A program made the position numbers and the translations under genes. A stretch of 48,077 bases of DNA from a virus. Its lineage: Duplodnaviria; Heunggongvirae; Uroviricota; Caudoviricetes. Within the stretch, counting starts at the first letter, position 1; each line of letters begins with the position of its first letter. Below are positions 16,807 to 25,090 of the stretch, piece by piece. The notes under the pieces are model-generated. The model was not told the DNA's origin and made no database searches. It was given only the letters and a program-made list of their open reading frames with translations. The stretch lies in IMG/VR virus record IMGVR_UViG_3300009551_000042, one strand, 5' to 3'.

Positions 16807-17031
16807 ATGAATAAGATCGTTCCTGAGTTCTATTTGCCGGTGGAGACGCCACGAGGCGCCGGGTTCGTCCCTGGTGACGGGGTCGAAGAGGTGTCGCTTT
16901 GGCAGCTCTGGTGCAAGTCCGGCGAGAGTGACGACGCCAGGCGCGCCACGGTTGCAGACCTCCGCAAAGCCGGCTTCGTGAAGCGCAAGAAGAAACCTGT
17001 TCCGCCGCTCCAAGCGAAGCGCAAGCGATGA
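16807..17031 (+). CDS. hypothetical protein, basic C-terminus
   Basis: GAGG SD. Confidence 0.6.
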   Translation: MNKIVPEFYLPVETPRGAGFVPGDGVEEVSLWQLWCKSGESDDARRATVADLRKAGFVKRKKKPVPPLQAKRKR

Positions 17032-17195
17032 CGGGCTATTGCACCTACTGTCCAAAGTGTAGCGGCGAGGTTGAGTTTGAGCCTTGGGGCGATCCGTTCA
17101 ACTGCCCACATTGTGGTGTGCTGTTAGAGCACGAGCACGAGTGCGAGGAAGAAGACTGCTACGACTATGTCAGAGAAAGAAAAGCCGCGGACTAA
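17028..17195 (+). CDS. small zinc-ribbon protein (55 aa, not in ORF track)
   Basis: MTGYCTYCPKC...CPHCG...; ATGA-coupled start, TAA 17193-17195. Confidence 0.65.
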   Translation: MTGYCTYCPKCSGEVEFEPWGDPFNCPHCGVLLEHEHECEEEDCYDYVRERKAAD

Positions 17196-17751
17196 TCCGC
17201 GTGCTGGAAGTAACGATCCTGAGCTGTGGGATCTTGAGCTCGATTGGTACTTTGGGGACTTTGAAGGGCTGTGTGGACTGCAGAGCGTAGGCACGAGCGG
17301 GGCCGGTGAGAACGCGCTACGTAAGCCAACCGAGGAAGAAAAGGCAGAGCGCCGACAGCGCATCAAAAACGGTTTCTTGCTGACGATGCCAGGGCCACCG
17401 AAGGCCGACCAACATTCTGTCAGCGCGGCCCAGGCCGACGCTGCCGCATTCCAAGCAATGGCCCACGGGGTCTTTGCACGGGGCCGCCGCATCTGGCGCA
17501 AGGTCTCAGCGATGCCCTATGGCGTCCAGCAGCTACTTCGCCAGTCTTACGAGGAGCGCTTGCGCGAGGCTGGCATTGACTGCGGTCGCCCACCGCTGCG
17601 CGACGACCAGGTCAGAGCCGCTCACCGCTGCTATCGAGGCCAGGAATACGACGTCTACTGCGACCTTGTGATTCGGGAGCTAGACCCGCCACCGCCTGAA
17701 CGAAAGCCCTGGAAGAACCCACCCGCGGCGGGAGCACAGCACCAATGGTGA
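17167..17751 (+). CDS. hypothetical protein (position resembles a late-gene regulator)
   Basis: Long ORF shortly upstream of the packaging genes; no family recognised. Confidence 0.65.
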   Translation: MSEKEKPRTNPRAGSNDPELWDLELDWYFGDFEGLCGLQSVGTSGAGENALRKPTEEEKAERRQRIKNGFLLTMPGPPKADQHSVSAAQADAAAFQAMAHGVFARGRRIWRKVSAMPYGVQQLLRQSYEERLREAGIDCGRPPLRDDQVRAAHRCYRGQEYDVYCDLVIRELDPPPPERKPWKNPPAAGAQHQW

Positions 17752-18173
17752 GGGAGCCGGTGGATTCGGTTGTGATGCGCCACGCGCTAGAAGACTCCCA
17801 AGAGCGCGACTTCGCGCGCCGGGTGGAGCCACTAGTTGCCAAGCTCCACGTTGGATACAACTACTTCGAACCGGAAGAGTTCCACGACCTAGCCTGCTAC
17901 TTCACCGAAGGTCGCGCCCGAACAGATGCTGTCAACGATGGCGTTTTCAGGGTCTCAAAGAAGGTCGACGTCATTCGTACGGGATCCGGAACTCTTCAAA
18001 CAATGACCGAGCTTTCCCGCAATTTGGGTGTAGCTCGACAGACGCTCCAAGACTGGGTCGGCACTTTGAAACTTCCGCACCGCTTCCGCGGCAAGCGAAA
18101 GGTCTATAATATCAATGAATTGCGCCGCTATCTGCTGGGCAGACGTGAAGGGGATAACAAGGGTTTACGGTAA
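17745..18173 (+). CDS. protein with C-terminal MerR/excisionase-like HTH
   Basis: TMTELSRNLGVARQTLQDWV..LKLP....GKRKVYNINELRRYL. Confidence 0.75.
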   Translation: MVREPVDSVVMRHALEDSQERDFARRVEPLVAKLHVGYNYFEPEEFHDLACYFTEGRARTDAVNDGVFRVSKKVDVIRTGSGTLQTMTELSRNLGVARQTLQDWVGTLKLPHRFRGKRKVYNINELRRYLLGRREGDNKGLR

Positions 18174-18314
18174 CCCCGCGACGAACCACCTGACTGTCGG
18201 CGTCAAAACCGTCCGCTTTCATGCGCCAATTCGTTTTCGCGGCGCTCCTGTACCTGGAGCCGTATCTAGTCTACCTGCCGTACTCCCCCGCTGTTGCTCA
18301 GCTCTGGGGGTAAC

Positions 18315-18566
18315 ATGATCTCGGTACCCGCCGGCAACGATTACACGCCATGGGTACCGCTGCAGTCCGGAGCCTGCAAAGCTTGCGGACGCGCTGGTTC
18401 CGGCAAAGACCCGAACGAAGTCTTCTCCTACCCGAAGACCGCTGAATCGCTCGTCCTGTGCACTGCGTGTGCTCGTGGGTTGACGATGTGCATAGCCAAA
18501 GAGCTGAAGCAACGGCATGCCAAAAAGCCCACGCCGCCAAAGGCTCCGGCGAAGGTATCTGCGTAA
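18315..18566 (+). CDS. zinc-finger protein
   Basis: GGGGG SD; CKAC...CTAC. Confidence 0.6.
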   Translation: MISVPAGNDYTPWVPLQSGACKACGRAGSGKDPNEVFSYPKTAESLVLCTACARGLTMCIAKELKQRHAKKPTPPKAPAKVSA

Positions 18567-18572
18567 ACGATT

Positions 18573-18650
18573 GGGCCACATTGGTGTCGATTGTGGGCAA
18601 AGCCTCAAGGTCCCCGCAAGACGAGGGTTCGATTCCCTCATGGTCCACCA
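18573..18650 (+). ncRNA. tmRNA tRNA-like-domain-only RNA (no mRNA-like domain)
   Basis: GGGCCAC-ATTGGTGTCGA-TTGTGGG-(15 nt)-CCCGCAA-GAC-GAGGG-TTCGATT-CCCTC-ATGGTCC-A-CCA: G3:U70, A73, encoded CCA, stemless D-loop ending TCGA, GAC linker, canonical T arm. Confidence 0.75.
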
Positions 18651-18731
18651 TGGTGTGAGACGCTGGTTCGAATCCAGCCTCCCAGAGCGATGCTCCAGGA
18701 GTAGCTCAGTGGGAGAGCGCACGCCGCTAAA
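18651..18731 (+). ncRNA. circularly permuted tRNA mimic (T arm before D arm, acceptor stem closed by a loop; YrlA-like topology)
   Basis: TGGTGTG-AGAC-GCTGG TTCGAAT CCAGC-CTCC CA GAGC GAT GCTC CA GGAG-TA-GCTC AGTGGGA GAGC-G-CACGCCG. Confidence 0.7.
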
Positions 18732-18735
18732 CTTC

Positions 18736-18885
18736 GCCGATGTGTCGGCCAGCTAATCCTCGGCAGGGGACCCTGGGACGCATCGGCTTTAATCGAAACA
18801 ACCAGGTAGAGCTTCGCTCCCGGTTGCGTGAGGTGAACGACATGGAAACACGTGACGTTGGCCTTCAGCCCCGCGGTGACGGGGG
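18736..18885 (+). ncRNA. run of four stem-loops in the leader of the small terminase gene
   Basis: GCCGATGTGTC/GACGCATCGGC (18736-18787); CAACC.GG..GAG/CTC.CCGGTTG (18799-18825); AGG..AACG.ACATG-GAAA-CACGT..CGTT..CCT (18831-18864); CCCC/GGGG (18869-18884). Confidence 0.45.
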
Positions 18886-18896
18886 AAATCATCACC

Positions 18897-19415
18897 ATGC
18901 CGAAGAAGAACGCTAGACAACAAGCGATCGAGATTCGCCGAGGCGAAGTGACAAAGCTTCGCACCAAAGGCAATCGCACCTATCGCGAAATAGCCGAGAA
19001 GCTCAACGTAAGTGTTGGGACTGTTGTCGGTGACATGTGGCACGTCCTCGACAATGTGCGCTCGCAACAAGAAATCGACGTCGAAAAATGTCGTGACGTT
19101 GAGCTAGCGCAACTCGACTTCTTTATGACGAAGGTTCTGGCCATCGTCACCGATGAAACAGATCGCGATCTCGTCTTGAAGGCGATTGATCGTGGCGTGA
19201 AGCTGTCCGAACGACGCTCCCGCTTGCTGGGCCTTGATGCGCCTGAGCGCCAGGAGGTTGCAACGGTCGATCTCACCGAAGCAACTCCGGAACGTGCTCG
19301 CGCGATCATGAACGAGCTGTTCCCCGCAATTGGGAATGACACAAATACTGAGGGGCAGCGGGAACAATCCCGCGAACCGGGACTTCTTGTCACGACTGGA
19401 GAGAGCGTTCCCTGA
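18897..19415 (+). CDS. terS: terminase small subunit (N-terminal HTH)
   Basis: TYREIAEKLNVSVGTV HTH, RRSRLLGLDAP motif, directly upstream of and overlapping terL. Confidence 0.75.
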   Translation: MPKKNARQQAIEIRRGEVTKLRTKGNRTYREIAEKLNVSVGTVVGDMWHVLDNVRSQQEIDVEKCRDVELAQLDFFMTKVLAIVTDETDRDLVLKAIDRGVKLSERRSRLLGLDAPERQEVATVDLTEATPERARAIMNELFPAIGNDTNTEGQREQSREPGLLVTTGESVP

Positions 19416-20697
19416 ACGGGAATTTCTAGCTCTTTCCTGCTGGCTCAATCAGTTCTACGGCTTCCAGCAAAACTGGCTGTTCGACAGAAATCGTTTCTCG
19501 ATTCTCGTCAAGTGCAGACAGATCGGTGCCTCACACACCTTTGCTGCCGCCGCAATTCTTTGGGCGCTCCTCGGTGAGGACACGTCCATTGTCAGCATTG
19601 GTCAGCGTGAAGCTGACGACGTGCTCGACAAGGTCGACAGGCACTCTCGCGCGCTTGCTCAGATGGGCAGCGTTTGGGGTGCCCAGGTCGCGAAGTCGCA
19701 AAGCCGCATCAAGCTCAACGGCGGCGGCACAATCTTTTCTCTCTCGTCCACTTCGGGTGGTCGCGGCAAGTCCGGCAATGTGTTGCTTGACGAGGCCGCC
19801 TACTACGAACACCCGGAGAAAGTCTGGGACGGCGCCTCAGCGACCACCATGCACGGTGGCTTTCGCATGCGCGTCATGTCGACACCCAACGGTGTCGGCA
19901 ACATGTTCCATCAGCTCGTGAAGTCGCCGCCTGACGGCTACCAGGTGCACAGCACCAACATTCACGAAGCTATTGCCGATGGTCTACCGGTCTCGCTCGC
20001 CGAGTGCCGCAAGATGGCCAAGGGCGATCCGCGTCTCTTTTCGCAGCTGTTCGAGTGCAAGTTTCTCGACGGCGAGATGCAATACATCCCGACGCATCTG
20101 ATCGACAACTGTTCGACAGACGCGCTGCCTGACGAGGGTGACGGGCCATATTTCGCGGGGCTTGATATCGGCAAAACCGCCGACCTCACCGTGCTCACGG
20201 TGATTCAAAAGGTCTACCGCAACGACAAGCCGCCAGTCTTCGTTGTGCGCAGCATCCAATCGCAGCGCCGCACCGACTCTGACGGGCTCGAAGCGATGGT
20301 CGCGGCCGCGTTCCAAAAGTACCAGCTTCGTCGCCTATGCGTTGACGCTACTGGTATGGGCGCGTTTCCCGCTGAGCGCATGCGCAAGCGTCACGGCCTA
20401 TCCAAGGTCGAACCGATCGCTTTCACTCTTCAGGTGAAAGAGGATCTCGCCACGGCGCTCTACACCGCGTTCGTGGAAGAAACGATCATGCTTCCGAAGA
20501 CAGCGCTCAAGGGTTCAGCCGATGGCGAACCGCAGCAGCTTGCGGAAGACATTGCGGCGCTTCGTCGCATCATCACGACAGCGGGAAACGTTCGCTACGA
20601 CGCACCGCACACCGACCAAGGTCACGCCGACCGTGCCTGGTCTCTGGCGATGGCGCTCCACGCTGGCATGACTGCCCCGTCCTACGCACGAATGTAA
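19330..20697 (+). CDS. terL: terminase large subunit (Mu gp28-like, Terminase_6 type)
   Basis: FQQNWLFD, Walker A KCRQIGAS, Walker B VLLDEAA, MSTPNG, nuclease GLDIG, CVDATGMG, HADRAWS. Confidence 0.93.
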   Translation: MGMTQILRGSGNNPANRDFLSRLERAFPEREFLALSCWLNQFYGFQQNWLFDRNRFSILVKCRQIGASHTFAAAAILWALLGEDTSIVSIGQREADDVLDKVDRHSRALAQMGSVWGAQVAKSQSRIKLNGGGTIFSLSSTSGGRGKSGNVLLDEAAYYEHPEKVWDGASATTMHGGFRMRVMSTPNGVGNMFHQLVKSPPDGYQVHSTNIHEAIADGLPVSLAECRKMAKGDPRLFSQLFECKFLDGEMQYIPTHLIDNCSTDALPDEGDGPYFAGLDIGKTADLTVLTVIQKVYRNDKPPVFVVRSIQSQRRTDSDGLEAMVAAAFQKYQLRRLCVDATGMGAFPAERMRKRHGLSKVEPIAFTLQVKEDLATALYTAFVEETIMLPKTALKGSADGEPQQLAEDIAALRRIITTAGNVRYDAPHTDQGHADRAWSLAMALHAGMTAPSYARM

Positions 20698-20904
20698 ATG
20701 GCTCGCCCTGGTGACATCGCAAAGCGCATCGCACGTAAGCGCGGCAGTCCAACCGACAAGGTTGTGACAAACCCGAAGCTACGTCTGACCGATCTGCTGA
20801 CCGCGATGGACATCGAGCACGGCGAGCGTGTGAAGCTCGAAAAAGAAGTGAAGTCACTTCGGCGCAAGCTCGACCTCGTGATGCGCCAGCTCCTGCAAAA
20901 CTAA
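20698..20904 (+). CDS. hypothetical coiled-coil protein
   Basis: TAA-ATG abutting terL. Confidence 0.6.
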   Translation: MARPGDIAKRIARKRGSPTDKVVTNPKLRLTDLLTAMDIEHGERVKLEKEVKSLRRKLDLVMRQLLQN

Positions 20905-20905
20905 A

Positions 20906-22504
20906 ATGCCGACCATTGCTCAACTGAATCAACGGCACCCGTGCTGCGATTCAGAGCGCGTGTCGGATCTGAAGGCCCTTTACGAGGGTGAGGAAGCTTT
21001 CGAAAAGAAGCTTCCTAAGTTCTTGCCTCGTCGCGAGCGCGAACCGCTAGCACGTTACGAGCTGCGCAAGAAAGAGTACCACTATCGGAACTACATTGGC
21101 CCGATCGTGGACTACTTCGCGTCGCTGCTCTTCACGGCACGCCCCCAGCCGGTGGCAAAGAAGCCTGAGAGCGACGATCCGGAAACGGATCCCGGCGACT
21201 ACTACAACGACTTTCGCGACGACTGCGACCGCACCGGAACGGACATCGATTCGTTTTTCAAGGCGGCTTTCACCAAAGCAATGGTTGAGGGCAAGGCCTG
21301 GATCCGACTGTACCACCCGGACGGGACGGAGTCCGCAACGGACAAGGCTCAGTTTGATAAGCTGAAGCTCGGCGACGCCTGGATCAAGCCCCTCGAATAT
21401 GACGAGGTTCTCGACTGGGAATACGATGACGAAGACAATCTTCTTTGGGCGATCACCCATAAGCGAGAAGCTCGTCGTGACGGGCCCGCCGGCGATCGCA
21501 AAGAGATCACCGAGACGTGGCAGTACCTCACCCCTGAGGACGTCGAAACGTTCGCGATCAGCTACGACAAGGATCGCCCACCGCAGCCGGAACAGCCAGT
21601 TCCTTCGCTCGGCGTCGTCTCGCACCGCTTCGAGCGCGTGCCGCTTGTCTGCATAGATTTTCCACCCGGCCTGTGGCTAGCGAAACGTCTGAAGACGCCT
21701 CAGCTCGCGCACTTCCGCGCAAGCAACGGTCAATCGTGGTCGCTTAGTGCGACTTGCTACGCGATGCCTGTTGCCAAGGTGGCTGACCCCGAGGAGTTCT
21801 CAAAGACGATCATGGGCGCCGGTTACGGCGTTATCATCGGCATTGAAGAATCCTGGGAATGGGAAGCCCCCCCGGCCGATCACTTTCTGGCTCTCGACAC
21901 CGAGATCAAGTCGCAGAAGGACGAGATTTTCCGCATCGCGCATCAGATGGCGCTGGGCGTTGAAAACAACTCCGCTGCCGTTGGTCGCTCCGCTGAGTCC
22001 AAGGCAACAGACGCGCAGTCTACGCGCGTGATGTTGGTAGCGTTCGCCAAAGAAGTAAAAGAGGAAATGGAGCGCGTTTACAACGCGATCAGCGTTTCCC
22101 GTGGCGACGAATACACCTGGACTATTGCTGGGCTCGATGAGTTCGCAACCTCGGACCTGATGGGTTTCCTTGAGGCGCTCACGCTGATCCAGGCTGCTGG
22201 CGGCATCCCGAGCAAGACGGCGAACGTCCAGATCAAAACTCGCGTCGCTGAAGGATTCCTACCTGATATCGATCAGGAGACTCGCGCCACGATCCGCAAA
22301 GAGATCGAGGACGAAATCCAAAACGCACCCGATCCGGCAGACGCCGAGATCGACCAGATGGTGCGGATGCACACGGCGCTAGCGGGAATCGATGGCGCAA
22401 CCCCACCAAAGCCAGGACAGCCAAAGCCGCCAAGCGGAACTAAGCCGAAGAAAGCTTTTGGCGGCGGAAACCGCAGCGCTCCTCCTGCTGCTAAGAAAGC
22501 GTGA
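20906..22504 (+). CDS. portal protein (DUF4055/SPP1 gp6-like)
   Basis: Position after terL, 532 aa; LY.G....K.LPKFLP...E...Y..R....Y.NY.GPIVD pattern. Confidence 0.85.
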   Translation: MPTIAQLNQRHPCCDSERVSDLKALYEGEEAFEKKLPKFLPRREREPLARYELRKKEYHYRNYIGPIVDYFASLLFTARPQPVAKKPESDDPETDPGDYYNDFRDDCDRTGTDIDSFFKAAFTKAMVEGKAWIRLYHPDGTESATDKAQFDKLKLGDAWIKPLEYDEVLDWEYDDEDNLLWAITHKREARRDGPAGDRKEITETWQYLTPEDVETFAISYDKDRPPQPEQPVPSLGVVSHRFERVPLVCIDFPPGLWLAKRLKTPQLAHFRASNGQSWSLSATCYAMPVAKVADPEEFSKTIMGAGYGVIIGIEESWEWEAPPADHFLALDTEIKSQKDEIFRIAHQMALGVENNSAAVGRSAESKATDAQSTRVMLVAFAKEVKEEMERVYNAISVSRGDEYTWTIAGLDEFATSDLMGFLEALTLIQAAGGIPSKTANVQIKTRVAEGFLPDIDQETRATIRKEIEDEIQNAPDPADAEIDQMVRMHTALAGIDGATPPKPGQPKPPSGTKPKKAFGGGNRSAPPAAKKA

Positions 22505-23063
22505 CCGAGCGGTAAGCATCGGTATTCGTGCCGGGCTAACGCCTCACGCTATCGCATCAAACATCGAAAGCGCTTGGCGCGTGGCCGTAGGCCAGGCCCG
22601 AGCCTATTCACGTGCCGCCAGTATCGCGCGCCTACGCGCAGAGCTGGCGGCGTTGGGTATTCCGAAGCGTGTTGCTGCCGCGGCTGCCGACGAGGCGGTC
22701 CGTGACGCTATGCGCGCGAGTCGTATTGCTCGCATTTACGCCGACCGATGGCGCTCCGTTGCGGAAGCAGATGGGGCGGCAGAAGCCTCACGGGCGACGG
22801 TTGGGCGCGTGCGTGTGATTGCCGCGACGGAGTCAGCAGAAGCCTGGAATTCAGGCCGTCTGCATGCTCTCCAGAATTACCCAGAAATTCAGGTGATGCG
22901 CGTTTGGGACGCGACCCTGGACAAGCGAACCTGTCAAGTCTGCGCCAACGCAGACGGCGACATGGTGGGTGTGCAAGAGCGTTTCCCCAACGGGGAGCCA
23001 GGCATGGTGCACCCGAACTGCCGCTGTACGTGGCACCCAATCCCAATCCAATTCACCCGCTGA
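22392..23063 (+). CDS. head morphogenesis protein (MuF/SPP1 gp7 family)
   Basis: WDATLDKRTC..C...DG...HPNCRC. Confidence 0.85.
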   Translation: MAQPHQSQDSQSRQAELSRRKLLAAETAALLLLLRKRDRAVSIGIRAGLTPHAIASNIESAWRVAVGQARAYSRAASIARLRAELAALGIPKRVAAAAADEAVRDAMRASRIARIYADRWRSVAEADGAAEASRATVGRVRVIAATESAEAWNSGRLHALQNYPEIQVMRVWDATLDKRTCQVCANADGDMVGVQERFPNGEPGMVHPNCRCTWHPIPIQFTR

Positions 23064-23150
23064 TGCTTGCGGGCACGGGCCTACAGCGCACCCGTTAAAG
23101 GCGCTGCCCGAGTTACTTCCTTACTCGTTAAACAGGATGCACGAGCAATC

Positions 23151-23942
23151 ATGCTTGGTCCTAGTGTTGTGTTGCGTGAAGAAAACAAAGAGCCCGATGC
23201 TGGTGGTGGCGATGCCCCGCTGTTCACGGAAGCTCAACTAGCTGCTCTGTCGCAGCTTGTTACGTCGACCGCAAACTCGGCTGTCACTGCCCAGTTGAAG
23301 CGAAACCTCCCAGGCGCCGTCTCCGATGGCATCAAGGGAATCAACTTCGCTGAGATCCTGGGGCCTGAGATTGCCAAGCTCAAGCCGGCGGAGCCTGCTG
23401 AGAAGAAGACTGCGGCTGACGACTTCACGAATCAACTCAAGGAAATGGCGGCAAAGCTAGATGCCGCTGAAGCCAAGGCAGTTGCTCTAGAGCGCGCACG
23501 TGCGGATGCGGAGACAAAGCGTCTCCAAGAAAACGCCGTCACACAGCTCCGCAATCAGCTCCAGCCCAAATTGCGCGACGACCTACTCGACGTAGCGGTC
23601 TCGCATTGGGCAACCGTCGAAGGACGCCTCAAGGTCCAAGACGACGGGACAACCACTCTCCGCGTCAAGCGCGCCTCTTTCAAAGGCGGTCCGGAGATGG
23701 ACGAAGATCTACCGCTTGCAGATGCCATTCCGGTTCTGCTCGCAAGTAAAGAAGCTAAGCCGTTTATTCCTGCACCAGGTGGGCAGCAGGAAAAAGGCGG
23801 TCCAGCCAAACAGCCCCGAGCCCCGTTCACACAGGGTGCTCCGAGCGTAGGCGCAGACGCAACCGACTCGGCGAAAGCCAGTGCGGCAATGGATGCGCTC
23901 GCGAAGCTCGGAATCACAGATCTGTCTGAAGTGCTCGGTTGA
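23151..23942 (+). CDS. capsid scaffolding protein
   Basis: Ala/Glu/Lys coiled coil, P..GG C-terminal region, position before the capsid gene. Confidence 0.7.
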   Translation: MLGPSVVLREENKEPDAGGGDAPLFTEAQLAALSQLVTSTANSAVTAQLKRNLPGAVSDGIKGINFAEILGPEIAKLKPAEPAEKKTAADDFTNQLKEMAAKLDAAEAKAVALERARADAETKRLQENAVTQLRNQLQPKLRDDLLDVAVSHWATVEGRLKVQDDGTTTLRVKRASFKGGPEMDEDLPLADAIPVLLASKEAKPFIPAPGGQQEKGGPAKQPRAPFTQGAPSVGADATDSAKASAAMDALAKLGITDLSEVLG

Positions 23943-24022
23943 TTGGCTAGCTGCGCTCCCGCTTAGGCGGTTCGTGCGCAGTGATTCCTTTCGCTCTGCC
24001 CACCGCAACTCGAAATTAGAAA

Positions 24023-25066
24023 ATGGCTGATACTCTTCAAACAGCAGCACTGATTACGCTCGCCCAAAATTACGCGGGCGATGTTGTGCGCCAGGTGAAC
24101 CGCACCTCGATGGCGCTCCGCGTGCTGCCAATCGTGACCGGTGAAGGCAAGAACGTTGCTTGGGCTGCGGCCTCCAGCGGCGCCGTGGTTGAAACCTATG
24201 CTGAAGGCGCCGATGCGGCGAACTTCGGCAGCGATGCGCAAGCTGCTGCAACGCTGAACTGGGCGTCTTATCGTTCGAACTTCCACGTGAGCGGTCTCGC
24301 TCGCGCGGCTGCTCGCACGAGCCACACCCCGGCCGGAAACCTCCAGCTGTGGGCCCGCAATATCGTTGATGCGTCGGCGGCTCTCGCCTCGCAGATCAAT
24401 ACCCACATCTACAGCGGCAACGGCGCTGCGTCTCCGAAGGAGATCACGGGCCTCGACGCGGCCATCGGCAGCACGTCCAACACCTACGCGACGATCGATC
24501 GCGGTACCGCCACCTACTGGCGCCCGTACCTGGCGAACCCCGGCGTTGCTACGGCTGTGACCCTGTCGCAACTCCGCGGTGACATCAGCTCGATCTACCA
24601 GCAGAGCGGTGAGTTCCCGGACATCGCGCTATGCTCGCCTGGTGTCTTCGACGCCATCGGCGCCCTGTTCGATGCGAACCGCCAGTACGTTCAGCCTGTC
24701 GTGGTGGCTAACACCGCCCGTGGCCAGATCAAGCTGGACGGTGGCTACGCCGGTCTGGCGATCGACGGTTGCGTGTTCTTGCGTGACAAGGATGCGACGC
24801 TGGAATCGGGTGGCGCCTCGGGCCGCATCTACTACCTGAACTCGAACTACGTTCGTCTGGTGGTGTTGCCGAACGCCGATGACCCTGGTCTGGGTCCGGA
24901 CATGATGCTGACCGCTAACGACGGCTTCGGCAGCATTCCGCTGATGTTTGGTTACGACTTGCTGGCCAAGGGCGGCGACTCCGCGAAGGCCCAGGTCAAG
25001 CTGTACACCGAGCTTCAAGTCAAGAAGCCGAACGCCTGCGGTATGCGTCGTTTCGTCCAGATCTAA
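24023..25066 (+). CDS. major capsid protein (HK97 fold expected)
   Basis: 347 aa, after the scaffold gene, biased codon usage, SG.G....EITGL..AI and IY.LN..Y patterns. Confidence 0.85.
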   Translation: MADTLQTAALITLAQNYAGDVVRQVNRTSMALRVLPIVTGEGKNVAWAAASSGAVVETYAEGADAANFGSDAQAAATLNWASYRSNFHVSGLARAAARTSHTPAGNLQLWARNIVDASAALASQINTHIYSGNGAASPKEITGLDAAIGSTSNTYATIDRGTATYWRPYLANPGVATAVTLSQLRGDISSIYQQSGEFPDIALCSPGVFDAIGALFDANRQYVQPVVVANTARGQIKLDGGYAGLAIDGCVFLRDKDATLESGGASGRIYYLNSNYVRLVVLPNADDPGLGPDMMLTANDGFGSIPLMFGYDLLAKGGDSAKAQVKLYTELQVKKPNACGMRRFVQI

Positions 25067-25090
25067 CGGTCTTTAGGAGCATAGCCACAG

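Noticed and set aside
18573-18650. Ordinary tRNA-Ala gene
   Set aside because: No D-stem and no 7-nt anticodon loop with U33; the layout matches the tmRNA TLD instead.
18620-18686. attP core (3' fragment of a host tmRNA or tRNA)
   Set aside because: Both 5' and 3' parts are present and pair with each other for both elements, and no integrase lies adjacent; kept only as a fallback explanation.
18720-18731. Amber-suppressor anticodon (CTA at 18727-18729) in the permuted tRNA
   Set aside because: Position 33 would be G, not U, and the following bases (CTTCG) cannot pair with CACGC, so no closed anticodon loop forms; the link to the hub TAG is coincidental on present evidence.
18736-18787. HDV-like/theta ribozyme (TCCTCG and GGGAC motifs next to tRNA-like genes)
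   Set aside because: No P3 pairing around TCCTCG and no P1/P2 nested pseudoknot could be built; a simple long hairpin explains the sequence.
18831-18864. Group II intron domain V (GAAA tetraloop with 2-nt bulge)
   Set aside because: Lacks the AGC/CGC catalytic triad, domain VI and any RT or interrupted host gene.
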